64,000 nt of DNA from Anthoceros angustus. Taxonomy: Eukaryota > Plantae > Anthocerotophyta. Position 1 is the stretch's first letter. Each line of letters starts with the position of its first letter. The translations under genes were made by a program, and so were the position numbers. Shown piece by piece: positions 14,553 to 27,162 of this stretch. The notes beneath the pieces were generated by a model. That model ran no database searches. It was not told where the DNA came from and saw nothing but the letters and a program-made list of their open reading frames with translations. The stretch covers positions 732,644-796,643 of the forward strand of contig VJWM01000007.1 of assembly GCA_010909165.1 (NCBI GenBank), written 5' to 3'.

Positions 14553-15413
14553 TCAGAACAGGGCGCGCAGCTCATCGGCTTCCTTGGCCATTTCTTCTAA
14601 AGTGCGATCTTGCCGATCAATATCCAGTGTCTTGCTCAGTTCTTCTTCCTTGGCGTCCAGCTGGACCCATGAAACACGCGTGAGCCAAGGTTGAGAGTGA
14701 GGCAATTTCAAGGTGGGCAACGGCAGCAGCGGGCGAGAGCCTTACCGCTTCGTAAACCTCATCGTTCTCCTTGAAGTCCCCAAGAGTCCTGGGGAGCACA
14801 TGGACGTGAACGTGTGCCACGGTCTGTCCAGCTTGGGGACCATCCTGCGTGGGCGGGGCAGCCGGAACAAGGACAGAAACAAACGCGAGGTGAGAAGAGC
14901 ACAGTTCTGAACCTGCCCGACCTAGACTACATTCATCCGAGACATCGATATCAGGATACCTGAATGGAGAAAGTCAAGGAGGAAGCATTGAAGTGCTTCT
15001 CAACCTTGGTGCCCACGAGTTTGGCCGTGAGCCAGAGATCGGACACTTCTTCCGCCCTCAGGTCCGCGAACCTTGCCACCACCCGTCTCGGGCAAACGAG
15101 CACATGTGATGCTGCTGGTTAAGGAAACAATACTAACAAAAGCTCTGACCGAGGAACGTAGAGTTGCAAAGGAGAATGACTCAGGGCAAGTGCCTGCCAA
15201 GAGTAAGGATATGACCTGCGCATGCAAGAAGCCCGCGGGCAGTAAGTGGGCGAGCAGGCGCAGGCGGAAGCGGAATCAAGCAAGTGGAAACAATGCCACC
15301 TACCAGGTACGACGGGCCTGAGATTGACCAGCGCATAGGAGTGGCTAGTAGCCAGAAACACCTCTTTTGCATCAATTTGGTATTTGCCAAAGCGGAAGCC
15401 ATTTCCGGTTTCC

Positions 15414-15472
<59 letters not shown>

Positions 15473-15714
15473 CACCTGAGTTACTACTGGCCCTGTGCCT
15501 GGCTGCGGAGCCAAAAAGGAGAAGAGACCAGAGCAGAGCAGAGCAGACCAACCTCACCAGGCGAGGCAGCAGAAATGGGAGAGTTCATGCCGCTGCAATT
15601 ATGGCGGCAACTACAACTGCGGGTGCGCGGATGGCGCCACAAGCGCAGCACTGGCGACTCGGATTTCCAACAACGACTCCACAAAGGCAACGGCACACGA
15701 GCTGTGGCAGCCAT
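14553..15714 (-). CDS. FHIT: FHIT-family bis(5'-adenosyl)-triphosphatase (HIT hydrolase) with probable organellar transit peptide
   Basis: Proposed exons (minus): 15714-15558; ~15498-15304; 15215-15213; 15105-14960; 14844-14746; 14660-14553. Joined translation contains [48 protein letters not shown]...[19 protein letters not shown] (HxHxH triad) ...[14 protein letters not shown]. Exon 1 is Arg/Ser-rich with few acidic residues. The exon 2 acceptor is ambiguous. Confidence 0.92.
15106..15215 (-). other. 3-nt microexon (GTC, 15215-15213) followed by a U12-type AT-AC intron (15212-15106)
   Basis: Minus strand reads gcgcAG|GTC|ATATCCTTactc ... TTCCTTAAC cagcagcatcAC|ATGTGCTC. There is a consensus U12 5' site and a consensus U12 branch site 12 nt before AC, and the join restores the conserved PGHVLVCP. 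Confidence 0.85.
15415..15480 (-). repeat. Coding hexamer microsatellite (CCTGAG)9 plus 2 flanking units, encoding (AQ)9 in the FHIT N-terminus
   Basis: Nine perfect cctgag units at 15415-15468, then cctgca and cctgag; the FHIT frame reads TQVQ(AQ)9AETG. Confidence 0.95.
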
Positions 15715-15955
15715 GCCCTAGTCTACCTGCCCTCAGGCTGGACCTCCACAACCGGGATCTTGTCCCTTCACTCCGGTCGGATCCCTGGTTAACCTTTAAC
15801 CGCAGGCCAGGCCAGGTGTACTCCCTATGCAAACGTTGTATACAAATTGGCAGCTCTTTCCCGCGTTACCCTCCATTTAAAACAAACAGACGCAGCAACA
15901 GCAGCTGCAACACAAGAGAGCAGCCTGCAGCAGTTGTCTCGCCGGTGCGGTGATT
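15715..15955. promoter_or_regulatory. Probable bidirectional promoter between FHIT and kinesin-7
   Basis: Only 241 bp separate the FHIT ATG (15714, minus) from the kinesin ATG (15956, plus). Confidence 0.65.
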
Positions 15956-18900
15956 ATGGAGAAGATATCTGTGGCCATCCGCGTGCGTCCCTTGAGCAAG
16001 CAAGAGGAAGTGAAGGGGAGCCCATGGAAGCTGGGTCCTAACAGCATCACTTTCTCGCCTGCCTCCGGATCCTCCCTCACCTCCCAGGCCTTTGTCTTCG
16101 GTGTGTGGAATGCTGCCCTGGCCTGTTCTGCCTTGCCATTTTCCCACCCCTCTCATCCCGCCACTCACCGCTCCCCATCATTGCAGATCAAGTCTTTGGA
16201 CCGGACTCTCCAACATCGTATATCTACGACGAAGCTGCCAAGCACATCATCGCATCCACCGTACAGGGATTCAATGGTGCCTCCTCAATTCCTGCTCTAT
16301 CGGGGTCCCTACCGGAATTGCCCAGTTCCGACGCCACTCTAACGTCACCGTGTGTCCAGGTACCATTTTTGCTTATGGCCAGACTAGCAGTGGCAAGACG
16401 TATACCATGCGAGGCTCGCCGCAAGAACCTGGCATCATTCCTCTTGCAGTTCACGACGTTTTCATCAACACAGATCAGGTAGAACTCTTATCCGCTTTGC
16501 CTGCCCCGCCTGGCCCCCGCTTAATCTCTAGGAGCGTCACTCTGGAGCCGGAACTGTGCTGTGTGGTGCTAGGCAACCGACCGAGAGTTTCTCATCCGAG
16601 TCTCCTATATGGAGATTTACAACGAGGAGATCAATGACTTGCTGGCTCCCGAAAATCAGAAACTGCAAGTGCACGAAAATCTTGAGGCATGCATGCTCAA
16701 CTCCCCCTCGCTACTTGTTTCTCTTCACCCCCGCTGTTGCACCTCATTGACGCGGGCCCCGCTTCCTGCAGCGAGGAATATTTGTTGCAGGCTTACGGGA
16801 GGAGATTGTCAGTACCCCCAACCAAGTGTTGGAGTTGTTGTCCTTCGGAGAGGGTGTGCTGCTTTATCCTCTCGCCTTCTTTTCCCTTCCTGCTCTCCTT
16901 CGCTGTCCAGTTGCCCAACGTCCATAAAACTCTTGTCTTGCAGCTCATCGACGGGTCGGTGAAACCAACATGAATGTCTACAGCAGCAGGTCGCACACCA
17001 TCTTCCGCATGGTAATTTCCAACTTCTCATTCTTCTTAGCAGGCATGTCATATTCACACCTGCTTGCTTACTGTTATTACCGTCAACTGCCCGTCCTTGC
17101 TCCTGCTATCGGCACATGCTCAGCCTCTGCATTAGTAGTGAATTGACAGCGGCCATCATTGAGAACGGTGTGCAGGTCATTGAGAGCAGGGATATGACGG
17201 ATTCTGGGAGCTCAGATGCGGTTCGAGTATCCGTTCTGGTGTCAAACATCTGCACTGATTACCGGAACTACTTTTTTGTCTTTTCAAAGAACTTAGGACT
17301 TCCTGTCCTGTTTGGTTCTATCACTGAGAATGTGTTCCCTCTTTCATGTGCTCAGAATCTAGTAGACTTGGCTGGCTCTGAGCGAGTGTCAAAAACAGGA
17401 GCAGAGGGTGCACGTTTGAAGGAAGGAACTCATATCAACAAGAGTCTGATGACGTTGGGAAACGTGATCAACAAACTCAGTGATGGCATTCAAAGACAGG
17501 GGTACGTTGGTGGTGGGACGATAGTCTCTTGTATCAGTCCCTTTCTAGGTCTCAAGGATCCACACCTGAGCGTTAGCAAGTCTTGTTTACTATGTTTTGA
17601 CCGCTAACACACAAGGGGAAGCCGGTTTAAGAGTCTAAAATCTCTTCGTATTGCAGGGGCCATGTGCCTTATAGAGACAGCAAGCTGACACGGATACTCC
17701 AACCAGCTTTAGGTGGCAATGCCAAAACCACAATCATTTGTAACATTACTCCAGCACTTGTAAGTTAATAGATGAGCCTGGCTTGCAAAGATTTGCTGTT
17801 ATTTGCCATCTATGCTAGTGGTTACACAAGTTCCCTCCCCTTCTGGTTCTGTGGCAGGTCCATTCAGATGAAAGTAAAGGGACACTCCAGTTTGCTGGCA
17901 GAGCAAACCGTGTTACCAATTGTGCCCAAGTGAATGAGGTCTGTGGTACATTAAAACTTTGACTTTGTAATAGGCAGTTATTATTGACTTCTGGAGGACC
18001 GACTACACGTGCTGCCTAACTGCCTTGGTTTCTCCCATGCTATTTGTGGTCCTTGAATCTGAATCATGATGATGACTCTGGATTTTTGCAGGTCATGACA
18101 GATGCTGCTTTACTGAAAAGGCAGAAGAAAGAAATTGAAGACCTCCGGAGCAAGCTCCAAGCTAAGATCAGTTTTTTGCTGAAAGCTTTGCCTGCAGAGA
18201 GCTTCCTGATTTAGCTCTGTGTCAGCAGTCATTGTAAGCATCTCGTCTTTTTTTTTCCCAGGAATCCCAGCCAGATTACTTGGAGGAGGAGATCTTGATC
18301 CTACGAAATAAGTTGTTAAAGGTGCATTGAAGTTTAAGTTCTAGCAGTTGGTCTCTGACCTGGATGTTAAGTGTAGATTTCACATTAACACTCTTGTCAT
18401 CAGTTTGAACTGGAAAGGGAGCGTCTGTCTCTGGAGTTGATCGAGGAGAAAAAAGCTCAAGCAGAATGCGAACGTCGCATAAAGGAGCAGGAGCAGAAGA
18501 TTGAGAAACTTGGGACTATGGTTATCAACTGTGCAATTGACGATCGGGATTATACCAAAAAGGTTGCCTCTTCAGATTAATTGTTGAGGGGGCCAGTGGA
18601 AATGGTTATCATTTGTTTGCTTCCTCATCCTGTTACCTCCATTCAGGGAAATCGTAGGGAGCGCAGGGAAACCTGGTGTCCCCGTGTCCCAAGCGTGGCA
18701 GCGGAGGTGAGGATGTGTTAACGGCCTGCAGTGATCTCCTTATTGTTGAGTTCCGTAATAACTTATGAACTCACTTATTGAGAACTATGCAGATGAAAGA
18801 CTTCAAGTGGCAGTTCCAGAAGGGGCTGATCGATGTGGATGGTCTTCTGCATCCAATTAGAGACAGAGGCCATCCCTTGCCTCCTCCTTTTGGAATGCTG

Positions 18901-21900
18901 TTAGAGGATGAAGAAGAATGTCTGGTGTGGGATTCCAAAAATGAAGAGATGGCAGAATCAGCTTACCATGAATGGGATCAGTCGTTGGATCCATCTTCTC
19001 ATGTTATGCAAAAAAAGAAGTCCCTGTCGACCAAGGGGGCTGAAATTGAGGTCCATTCTTGATGACTACTGAAGCCTGAGTTGCATTGATTCTTTGTTCC
19101 TCTGCACTTCAGTGGTGATGCTGTTAGGTCTAGTGATATTCTGTCCTTTTTGGTGCCATCTTGCAGCTTCAACAGGAAACTGAGAATCAGCATGGGGACA
19201 GTCAGTGTGAGCATGGCCTTGAGGTACACAGCTGCTTGGCATTCAGGGCAGGCACACAGATCACAGGAACTAACCACTACCTCACATTTCAGGTGAAAGT
19301 AATGCAGGAAATGAATGAGCTGAAGTCGGAGTTAATACAAGTGCAAATGGGTGGAGAGAAATGTGGGCAATTTGATAATCGAAAGTTGTCCAGTGACATT
19401 CCGGGTCGGAGAGTGAAAAGCCTTGATGGCGGGGACACAGATGGTCCTGCATCGAGTATTAATTTCTTACATGCTCAGGTTTCATGCTGACTTCATCTGC
19501 CTTTTCGTTGAAGTGAGATGTTGGTCTAGTAGAGCTGATATGTAAGTTTGATTGTAGGTGGAAAGACTTGAGACCGAAAAGTTCTTCATGCAGCGTGAGT
19601 TAGACCGCCTTATGGAACAGGCCAAAGGACAGACAACAACTGCCCAAGAGGACTTGAAAGAGGTATGAGGTGTTCCACCTATGTCCTTCTAAGGCTACAA
19701 TTGGCCCCTTGGACCTTGATGCTTTGTTTGCTCTATCCTTTTCAAATGCAGTTGTACCAGGAGCTTAAGGAAACCACCGAGCAGCTCAACTCCGTGCTCG
19801 AGCAGAATAAGCAGCTCCAGGTCACATCGTTGTCAGAAGTTCAGCATAATGCCAGCTAGCTCGTGACTTGACCATCATGTTAATAGTGCTGATTACCACA
19901 TTCTTTTACAGGAGGAACTCAACAGGCTGAAAACAACTGCTATCACTTTATGCGAGGAGCATGAAGTGAAAACTGCAGCAGGAGTTTCGCAGGTGTGCAG
20001 CTGCCAGTATAGCTCAGGAATCACAAGGAGAATAGGCAGCAATGCTTTCTGGTTGATGAACTGTTGCTCTTGCATCGGGAGCTGGCTTGTTCCATCGGCA
20101 ACTAAAGGAGTTTGTGGCACAATCAATGCAGGAGAAGGAAGGTGAAGGTAAAACACTGGTCTTAGAACCAGAACGGCATAATGGGGTCCATAACAGCACA
20201 GTTTCTGAGGTAGCTGAGCTACTGGAGACTTGTTCTGGGACTGCTGAGCAGACCCTCCACCGGGAACAGATTGGCCCTTCTGAGGGGAAGCTGTTATCAG
20301 GAGACATGTTGATCCTGCATACAGGTGCTGCATCGCTGGATACAGGAAAAGCTGAGTTCTTGCCTGAAGATATGCAGGAACTTAACAGGGACCTCACAAA
20401 GCAGCTTGTCTTGGGGAGTGACCCGGCTAGTTTCAGTGATGTGAGCAGCCTCATGTCAAGCCGAACTGAGGCACAGGACAAAGACACTGTAAAGGCCCCA
20501 GCAGAGGAGGAAAGGAGAGCAGCAGAAACTTTGAATTCTCAGTTATCCCAGTACAAGTCCAGGCTTACAGAACTCGAGAGTCTTCTTGCAGAGAGAGAGA
20601 AGCAGTGCAAGATCCTAGATGAGACTGTCAATGGTCTGGAAAAAGAGAAGGTAATTCTCACTTCAGTTTCAATCATAAAGGTTTTCATAAGCCTGTGCGG
20701 GCCATTGTCATGGTGAAGCTCTTTGGGTTTGCTTGTGTGGAAGTCACGGAGCACTTCGGACATTTGGATGGGCTGTTTAACTAATATCGTACGCTTAGCT
20801 GTCAAAAGGCCTCCAGAGAGATGGAGTCTTCCCAGGCTCAAGCAGACGCCCTGGCTCTCAGAAAGGAGCTTACAAGCTTGAAGGTGGCTCCAATATTTTT
20901 GGAGAAAGAGCGTGATGCCCTTCGGAAAGAGTCTGAGAAGCTGAGGATGAAGTTGAAGGAAACTGAAGCAAAGCTTAAGTCAACGCTTCAGGATAAGAGC
21001 AAGCTTGAGGTCCCATTCCCCTTTTCAAGTCAACCAGCTTTCATACATTTTTGTGACGTTGATGGTCCCTAGTTTGTGAAACAGGCTGATAAAGCAAATA
21101 TGGAGCGAGAGCTCAAACAGCTGCGGGGAAGTACTTTGCTACAACGTGGCATCAACAGACGTGAGTCTCTAGCTGAGAAGCGACGAGAGTCCACAGCTCC
21201 AGCTATAAGCAAGGCAAAGCAGCAGCTATCCACACTAGAGCAAACTCTTCAGACAAGGAGCATGGAGCTTGAGAAAGCAGCTTTTGATATACAAGTTTTG
21301 CAGGTGAATTAAGATAGTAGCGCTTTAGTCATCTGTTTGCTGGGTCCTTAAGCCTTGCCAACCCAGTCTCATGTTCCTGCTTGCTTTACAGAGAGCGTGA
21401 TAGAATCCACTTATGCAGTGGAAACACTCATGAAATTGTGCAAGGTTGTGACAATGCAATTGCATGGGGTCTAAGTGTGACTGTAGTATTTGTTTGAACG
21501 TGAGTAGACAGGATATAACAACTGTATCTGAACTCCCACCCAGTATCCAGCTGCTAATATTCTGTCTGACATATCCCATAGGAATCATGCTCCAAGCTGG
21601 AGTTCTCGGTTGTGGAAGCTGAAAACCTTGAAAGCTCCTTGAAAGAGCAACTCTCAGCTGCAGAAGACGTGATAGTCAACCTTCGTTCAGAGAATAGCGA
21701 GAGAGATGCTGAGGCACAACGCCTGACAATTGAGCTGGAAGTAGCCTCTGAGCAATGGAAGGCGTCCATTTTGGAAAAAGAAACGTTGCAGCAACAGAGT
21801 GCAGCACTGGTACCACATGTCCCCTGTCTAAAACTTTGCTAAGATTGCTGACCTTATTTTATCGTTCACGTCAGCAATCTGCAACTTTTGTAGGGTCTTT

Positions 21901-24900
21901 AGACGATTCATGGTATTACAGGTAGCAAGTCTCCAGGAGCAGGAAGTGCTAAGCCGTACTGCGATGGCTGAGCTGTCAAAAGAAAAGGAAGAACTGGCCC
22001 AGGTTGGGTTTGTAGATACTGGTCATTTCAATAGAGGCTTTTCTGTTGAGAGCTATCCATTGCTTATCTGAGGTTTGTGATGTGCCTTCAACCAGCAACT
22101 CACAGATGCTTATATTGAGTTTGAGGAGGACAAGGCAGCTTTTGTTACAAGGATGAGGGATCAATGTGCTGAGGTGTCTGCAGATGCTAATCAGCAGTTT
22201 AGGAGTTTGAGCAGCAAGCTGAATAAACTTGAAGTGAATCTTGAGAAAGTAAATTCAAGCAGAGTATTTCGATGCTGATGTGTTTGTCCTAGCAATTTTC
22301 AGCGACCTTGGATTTTTTGATTGAATCATATGTTTCTCAGTGACCTGCTACATACAAGAAAATCTGATATGCCAAGTCCACAGATTGTGCTAGTTCAAGA
22401 AGAAGCAAATCTGGTCGCAACAGAGATTGACAGGGACATGCAAGAATTTCAGCTCTTGTTTCAAGATAATTTATGGTTGCCAACAACTCAGCTTGTGGAG
22501 CAGGTAATTCCCTCTTATGTCACAAGTGCAAACTCTGGAGAGGAACAGACTTACTAGCTTAGAAGAGTGAAGGCCTTGTTGTACCAGCAGTACTCTCTAT
22601 ACTAGTGACAGCTTGTCAGGGTGATGACATCAGTCTGTTGGTAGGTCGAAATCTTTTCTCGGCAACTGCAAGACTTCCGCAAGACTCTAGAAGAGCAATT
22701 GGTAGCAAATGCTACGATGGATCAAAAAGCCAGGTGCAGAAATGAATATCAACCCTGCTGTAAACATTTCTTCCGATTGTAATGTTGTATGAAACCTTAT
22801 CGGTCTATTTTTTCTCCAGATCAGCACAACTCGACCAGATAAATCAGTTGTTATTGGCCCTTCTGCAATGTATGGAAAAGTTTGAACTCAGTCACGAGAG
22901 AAGTGCAGGGGTAAGCTACTTTGGAACGAGTCAGGGTCTTGGAGGCAATCATGGTTCCATCAGGAAGTAAATCGGGCTCGTAGTAACCCTCTCCTTGTTA
23001 CTGTTCCTAGTAATCCATGTTTTAAGGTGTTTGCATCATTTGTCAGTCCTTTTAAGTTTTCACAGGGAAGTAAGTGTGCTGCCTGTTTCCCAATGACTGC
23101 CAGGTCTTGAGTTCCACGGTTGATCGAGTGGATCTGGAGTATGGAGCTGCGGTTCATATGCTTTCTGGATTCGTGCTAGAATCAGAAAGCCTGATGAGCC
23201 AGCTGGTGGAAAGTTTGAAACGCACAGATGGAGCTACAGAGTCCAGACCTGTCACAATCACATCTAAAGAAGGCTCCGATTCTTTTGTTAGACCACATGA
23301 AGGGGAGATTGCTGTGGTAAAGTATTCATTGTCTCAGAGGAGAAGCCCAGATTGCAGTTCAGCATTAAGACCAGCAGCAGCAAATTTTACTTTCCTTGTC
23401 CTTTGTGCTGCAGTGGAATGCTGTTCGTTTTACACGGCCATTGGCATGATTGGAGATTACATATCAATTATGTGGTGTGCATGGCAGATGGAGACACTTA
23501 ACACAGAGTTGATTAACTCTCCTTTATCAAAGTCGAATACTCCGGGCCACAGACACAGGTGGCTAACTTTGCATTGAATGATAACTTTCAAGCCTGAGGA
23601 AGGTACTAGCCAACATTTGAACTAATACTGTGCAAACGCCGAATATGGCTGGAGTCTCGGCTTCCAGGATTTACAAAGGGTGTGAAGCGGAATATCAAGA
23701 GGTAAAGTTTCGCTTCTGACGTGCCCCTTTCCACTACCTCCGCTCCAATATTGCGAGCTTTGAAGCCGAGCTCTCCTGTTCAAGTTACATTGTCTGTGTT
23801 CAGAGGGAAAGCAAGACGCTGGAGGAGCTTTCAGGCCATCCAGATCAAAGAATATTTAGGTTGGCCACAAGATACATTGTCAAATCTTCCTCTCTGCTCG
23901 TAAGCAGTTTTAGCCCCTCAGTGGCTGTAAAATTCGTTTTCAGGTTGCTGGGCAAGGAAGAAGGTTTGACGGAACACGCGCAGCGTACTTCAACAGCTTG
24001 TCTTAATGCCGAATCTGAAAATCAGCTACTTAGACAAGTAGGTGGTGACCTTCCCCCACTGATTGAATCTTTTGGTCCAAATAAGTACGTTAGTTTACGT
24101 TGAGCTTTTCCTGCAGGAAAATCTTCAGATGTTTACAACAAATATGAAGCTTCAAGTGGGAATTCAATCTTCCAAAGAGAGGGAAGAAGTTTACAGGGGT
24201 CGGCTTCAAGAAGCTTTGCTGGCAAACGATGAGCTTGCAAGATGTGGCGAGCTGCCTCGTGTTGGCATCCAGACAAACGACGAGAACGTCCCCTGCAATG
24301 TGGTAGTAAGCGGAACTAATTCAACCCGTGGGCAATGTGGGGTAAAAGCAGCTAACGAACTAACATCTAGGTGCCTTCAGGAACTGGACCACCTGCGTGG
24401 AGAGCTTGCTTCGTCAAGACTTGAAATTGTCGAGCTTGAAGTTGAACTGGAGGCTACGAGGTTCTAAAACTACCCAACTCCTTCAGGTTGGGCACGGGTG
24501 CTGTTTCTAACCAGTCTACTGAACTGCAGAGCCCAGTGTCTCACAAAGCCACAGGAGCTACGACAGCGGCTAGAGAGGTCAGCACAAGATGTAGAACGAG
24601 ATGCCAGGATTCTGGAAATTGAACATGAGAACGTGGCGCTAAAGCACCGACTCAAGGTTGCTGAGGATCGTGCAAAGGTAATATGTGGGCCGTGCTCCGC
24701 GGTTGTATCCATCCTATCCATGTCTTCCGATATCTACTGATCAATTCGACCTGCTTTCTTCTAGACACGGCGGGACATCATCAGAAAGCTGCGAGAGGGG
24801 GCAAAAGCGAACGATTCGTCGTCACAACAGGTCTGAGCCGTTCGTCACAACATGACTCTGCATTTTGGACGAAGTTTACATCACACCTTATTTGGTTTAT

Positions 24901-25166
24901 CACACCTTATCTCTGGAGTCCAGGCCTCCTTTAAGGAGCTCGTCTTCCAAAAGGCTATGCTAGAGGAGCAAATTGGAGGCTTGAAAACGGAGCTTCTTTT
25001 CCTCCATAATCAGGTACGGAGGCACGCAAACGGCTCGAGCAAACATGGAGCAATACAAGACTTATAGGTTGTAAGATTAGCGGACATCATAAAGGCTGAA
25101 GAAATGTCATGCGAGTCAATACCCCCGTTTTCACATTCAACACCACGCCCACGTAAGGGGAGGTGA
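15956..25166 (+). CDS. KIN7O: Kinesin-7 (CENP-E-like, KIN7N/KIN7O group) with long coiled-coil tail, multi-exon
   Basis: [13 protein letters not shown]-loop [85 protein letters not shown] and RRETWCP are all present. Coiled-coil exons follow. The last in-frame exon is proposed at 25068-25166; the 3' end and some tail exons are tentative. Confidence 0.88.
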
Positions 25167-25986
25167 TTGCTGGAGAGCGCACCCGTAGCCTGACGATTTC
25201 AAGGGTAGAAGCCTTGCAACTGTTTTATGACCACTGTGAACGCTTTTCAAGACACCATGCCTTTCACTGTAATTAATTCAATGTAAACTTCTTCACATGG
25301 CAACAACTTCAACAACACTACAATCGGCCTCTTTCCTAATTCTCACGCAAAGCAACAGTCCCCATCAAACAATGACACCCAGTCCTCCGTCTCCACTACC
25401 TGATGCTGTAGACCCTCGAGGAATAAACGCGACCACATAAGACGCACCGTTTCTCCGACATTCCCCCTCCACAACATGAACCACAAGAGAACCCAGCCTG
25501 ATACAGCTCATACAAGAAGCAAATGTGTCTCATGGCGATCCAACAAACACACAGGTTAGCTCTGTGGAGCAGAAAATTGACTTTTCACAATCATTAAATG
25601 ATGAGCCCTACGAATAGCACCAGAATGTCCAGCTTCAACAGTGCAGATTGTTCAGAAAGCAGCAGTACAACTCTGGAGTAAAAAGCACACCAGACCCCAG
25701 CAGTGTCACAGGATCAACATCAAGTAGGACGAGCAGCGGTGATATGAAGCACACTGCAAATAGATGGTGGGAACCGAGCCACAGTCGGTTAAGTCAGGAC
25801 ACTAGTGTTGCACAACAACATGGCCAAAGCAGCAAGAATGAGATCCACGTGTGCAAAACTTGAAATGCAGACACTGGCAAAAGTAGCAAACTCAAGCCGA
25901 GTTACACACTGTCACAGTGAAAGCTGAGGAGGAAATGGCAATACAGAGAGTCTGTCAGCAGCACAAATTGGAATGGGAACACTCAC

Positions 25987-27162
25987 CTAGAGATAGTAGG
26001 ATGGCATGGCTGAAAGGGTCTGCGAACGCTGAGAAGAAGACACAGAGATTGCTGGATTTGGATAAGCCGTTAAGCCATAATGGCCCCCCGGTGGTGAGGC
26101 GACAGAAGATGCTGGGCTCCCATACATTGCAGAAGCTCCAATGGAATAAGCGGGTTGCTGAGAGGCGAAGGAGCTGTAACCGACATGGCCCCCGAGAGAT
26201 GATGGCATTCCCAAGGAGGTGGGCAGTTGCATTCCTTGGGCAGCCGCAGTTTGGACGAGCCCTTGCGAATAAGATGAGGTGAGAGACGGACTGAGAGCGG
26301 TTGTCAAACCTGAATGGAAAGACTGATGGCTACAATGTTGGTTGAGAGGGATGCCAGTTGTAATCAAGCCGGGGTGAAAGTGAACTAGAGATTGTGAGGC
26401 GGCACTGTCGGGGTCTAAAAGTACATGGTGCTGCAAGACGGTGGTCTTCTGCTTTTGACCGTCTGCTGCAAGTTTGCAATACACTTGGTGTCCATCTATA
26501 GTCTTGATGGGGTCCTGAAGAGCCCGCTTAGCTGCTTCAGCTGATTTGTAGATGATGAGGGCGAAGCCGCGTGATCGTCCAGTGAACTTGTCAAATCCCA
26601 GAGGTCCTTCCTCAATCTCCCCCCATTGAGAGAAGATGGCGAGGAGCCTGTCAGCTCCAAGTTCGACGGGTACGTTGCCCACATAGATTTTTCGCAGGGC
26701 CACATCCTGAGCGGGAGGCGTCTGAGCGGTGGGGCCTATTGCCGCAAGTTGGCAAACTGTCATGCGGCCGTCGATTCTCTTGCTGGGTTCCTTGAGGGCA
26801 CGTTCCGCAGCATCCATATGCGCGAATGTGACGAAACCGAATCCTCGACTCTTTCCGGTGCTTTTGTCCATAATCACCACACCTTCTTCCACCTCACCAT
26901 ATGCCCCGAAGACGTTTTTCAGCGTGTCGGAAGAGGTGTCCCAACCCAATCCCCGGACGAAGATTTTGCGATGCACCGGGTCCTGGTCTGCAAGCCTTCG
27001 AATCTGGTCCAAGACGTCGTCGTGTGTGACCGCAGCATCCACCACAATTTCTAGCAGCTGATCCTTGGAGAAGAGTTGAATCAACTTCTTGGCGTCTTCC
27101 TTGGTGATGGATTCTTCTGCTTCGGCATCGCTGTCTTCCATTTTTCGCTTCTTGAAATCCAT
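25987..27162 (-). CDS. UBA2C: UBP1-associated protein 2C-like RNA-binding protein (2 RRM domains), uninterrupted CDS, 391 aa
   Basis: MDFKKRK N-terminus; RRM1 [11 protein letters not shown]...[10 protein letters not shown]; [16 protein letters not shown]; RRM2 KIYVGNVP...[20 protein letters not shown]; low-complexity S/A/G tail. Confidence 0.92.
   Translation of the reverse strand: MDFKKRKMEDSDAEAEESITKEDAKKLIQLFSKDQLLEIVVDAAVTHDDVLDQIRRLADQDPVHRKIFVRGLGWDTSSDTLKNVFGAYGEVEEGVVIMDKSTGKSRGFGFVTFAHMDAAERALKEPSKRIDGRMTVCQLAAIGPTAQTPPAQDVALRKIYVGNVPVELGADRLLAIFSQWGEIEEGPLGFDKFTGRSRGFALIIYKSAEAAKRALQDPIKTIDGHQVYCKLAADGQKQKTTVLQHHVLLDPDSAASQSLVHFHPGLITTGIPLNQHCSHQSFHSGLTTALSPSLTSSYSQGLVQTAAAQGMQLPTSLGMPSSLGGHVGYSSFASQQPAYSIGASAMYGSPASSVASPPGGHYGLTAYPNPAISVSSSQRSQTLSAMPSYYL

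Noticed and set aside
14845-14959. Second U12 intron in FHIT (donor GTATCCTG)
   Set aside because: Donor deviates from RTATCCTT and no TCCTTAAC branch site precedes the AG; treated as U2.
18150-18275. A second GC-AG intron in kinesin (CAA|GCTAAG)
   Set aside because: An alternative GT-AG solution (ATCA|GT with a downstream acceptor) also keeps frame; it cannot be decided without cDNA.
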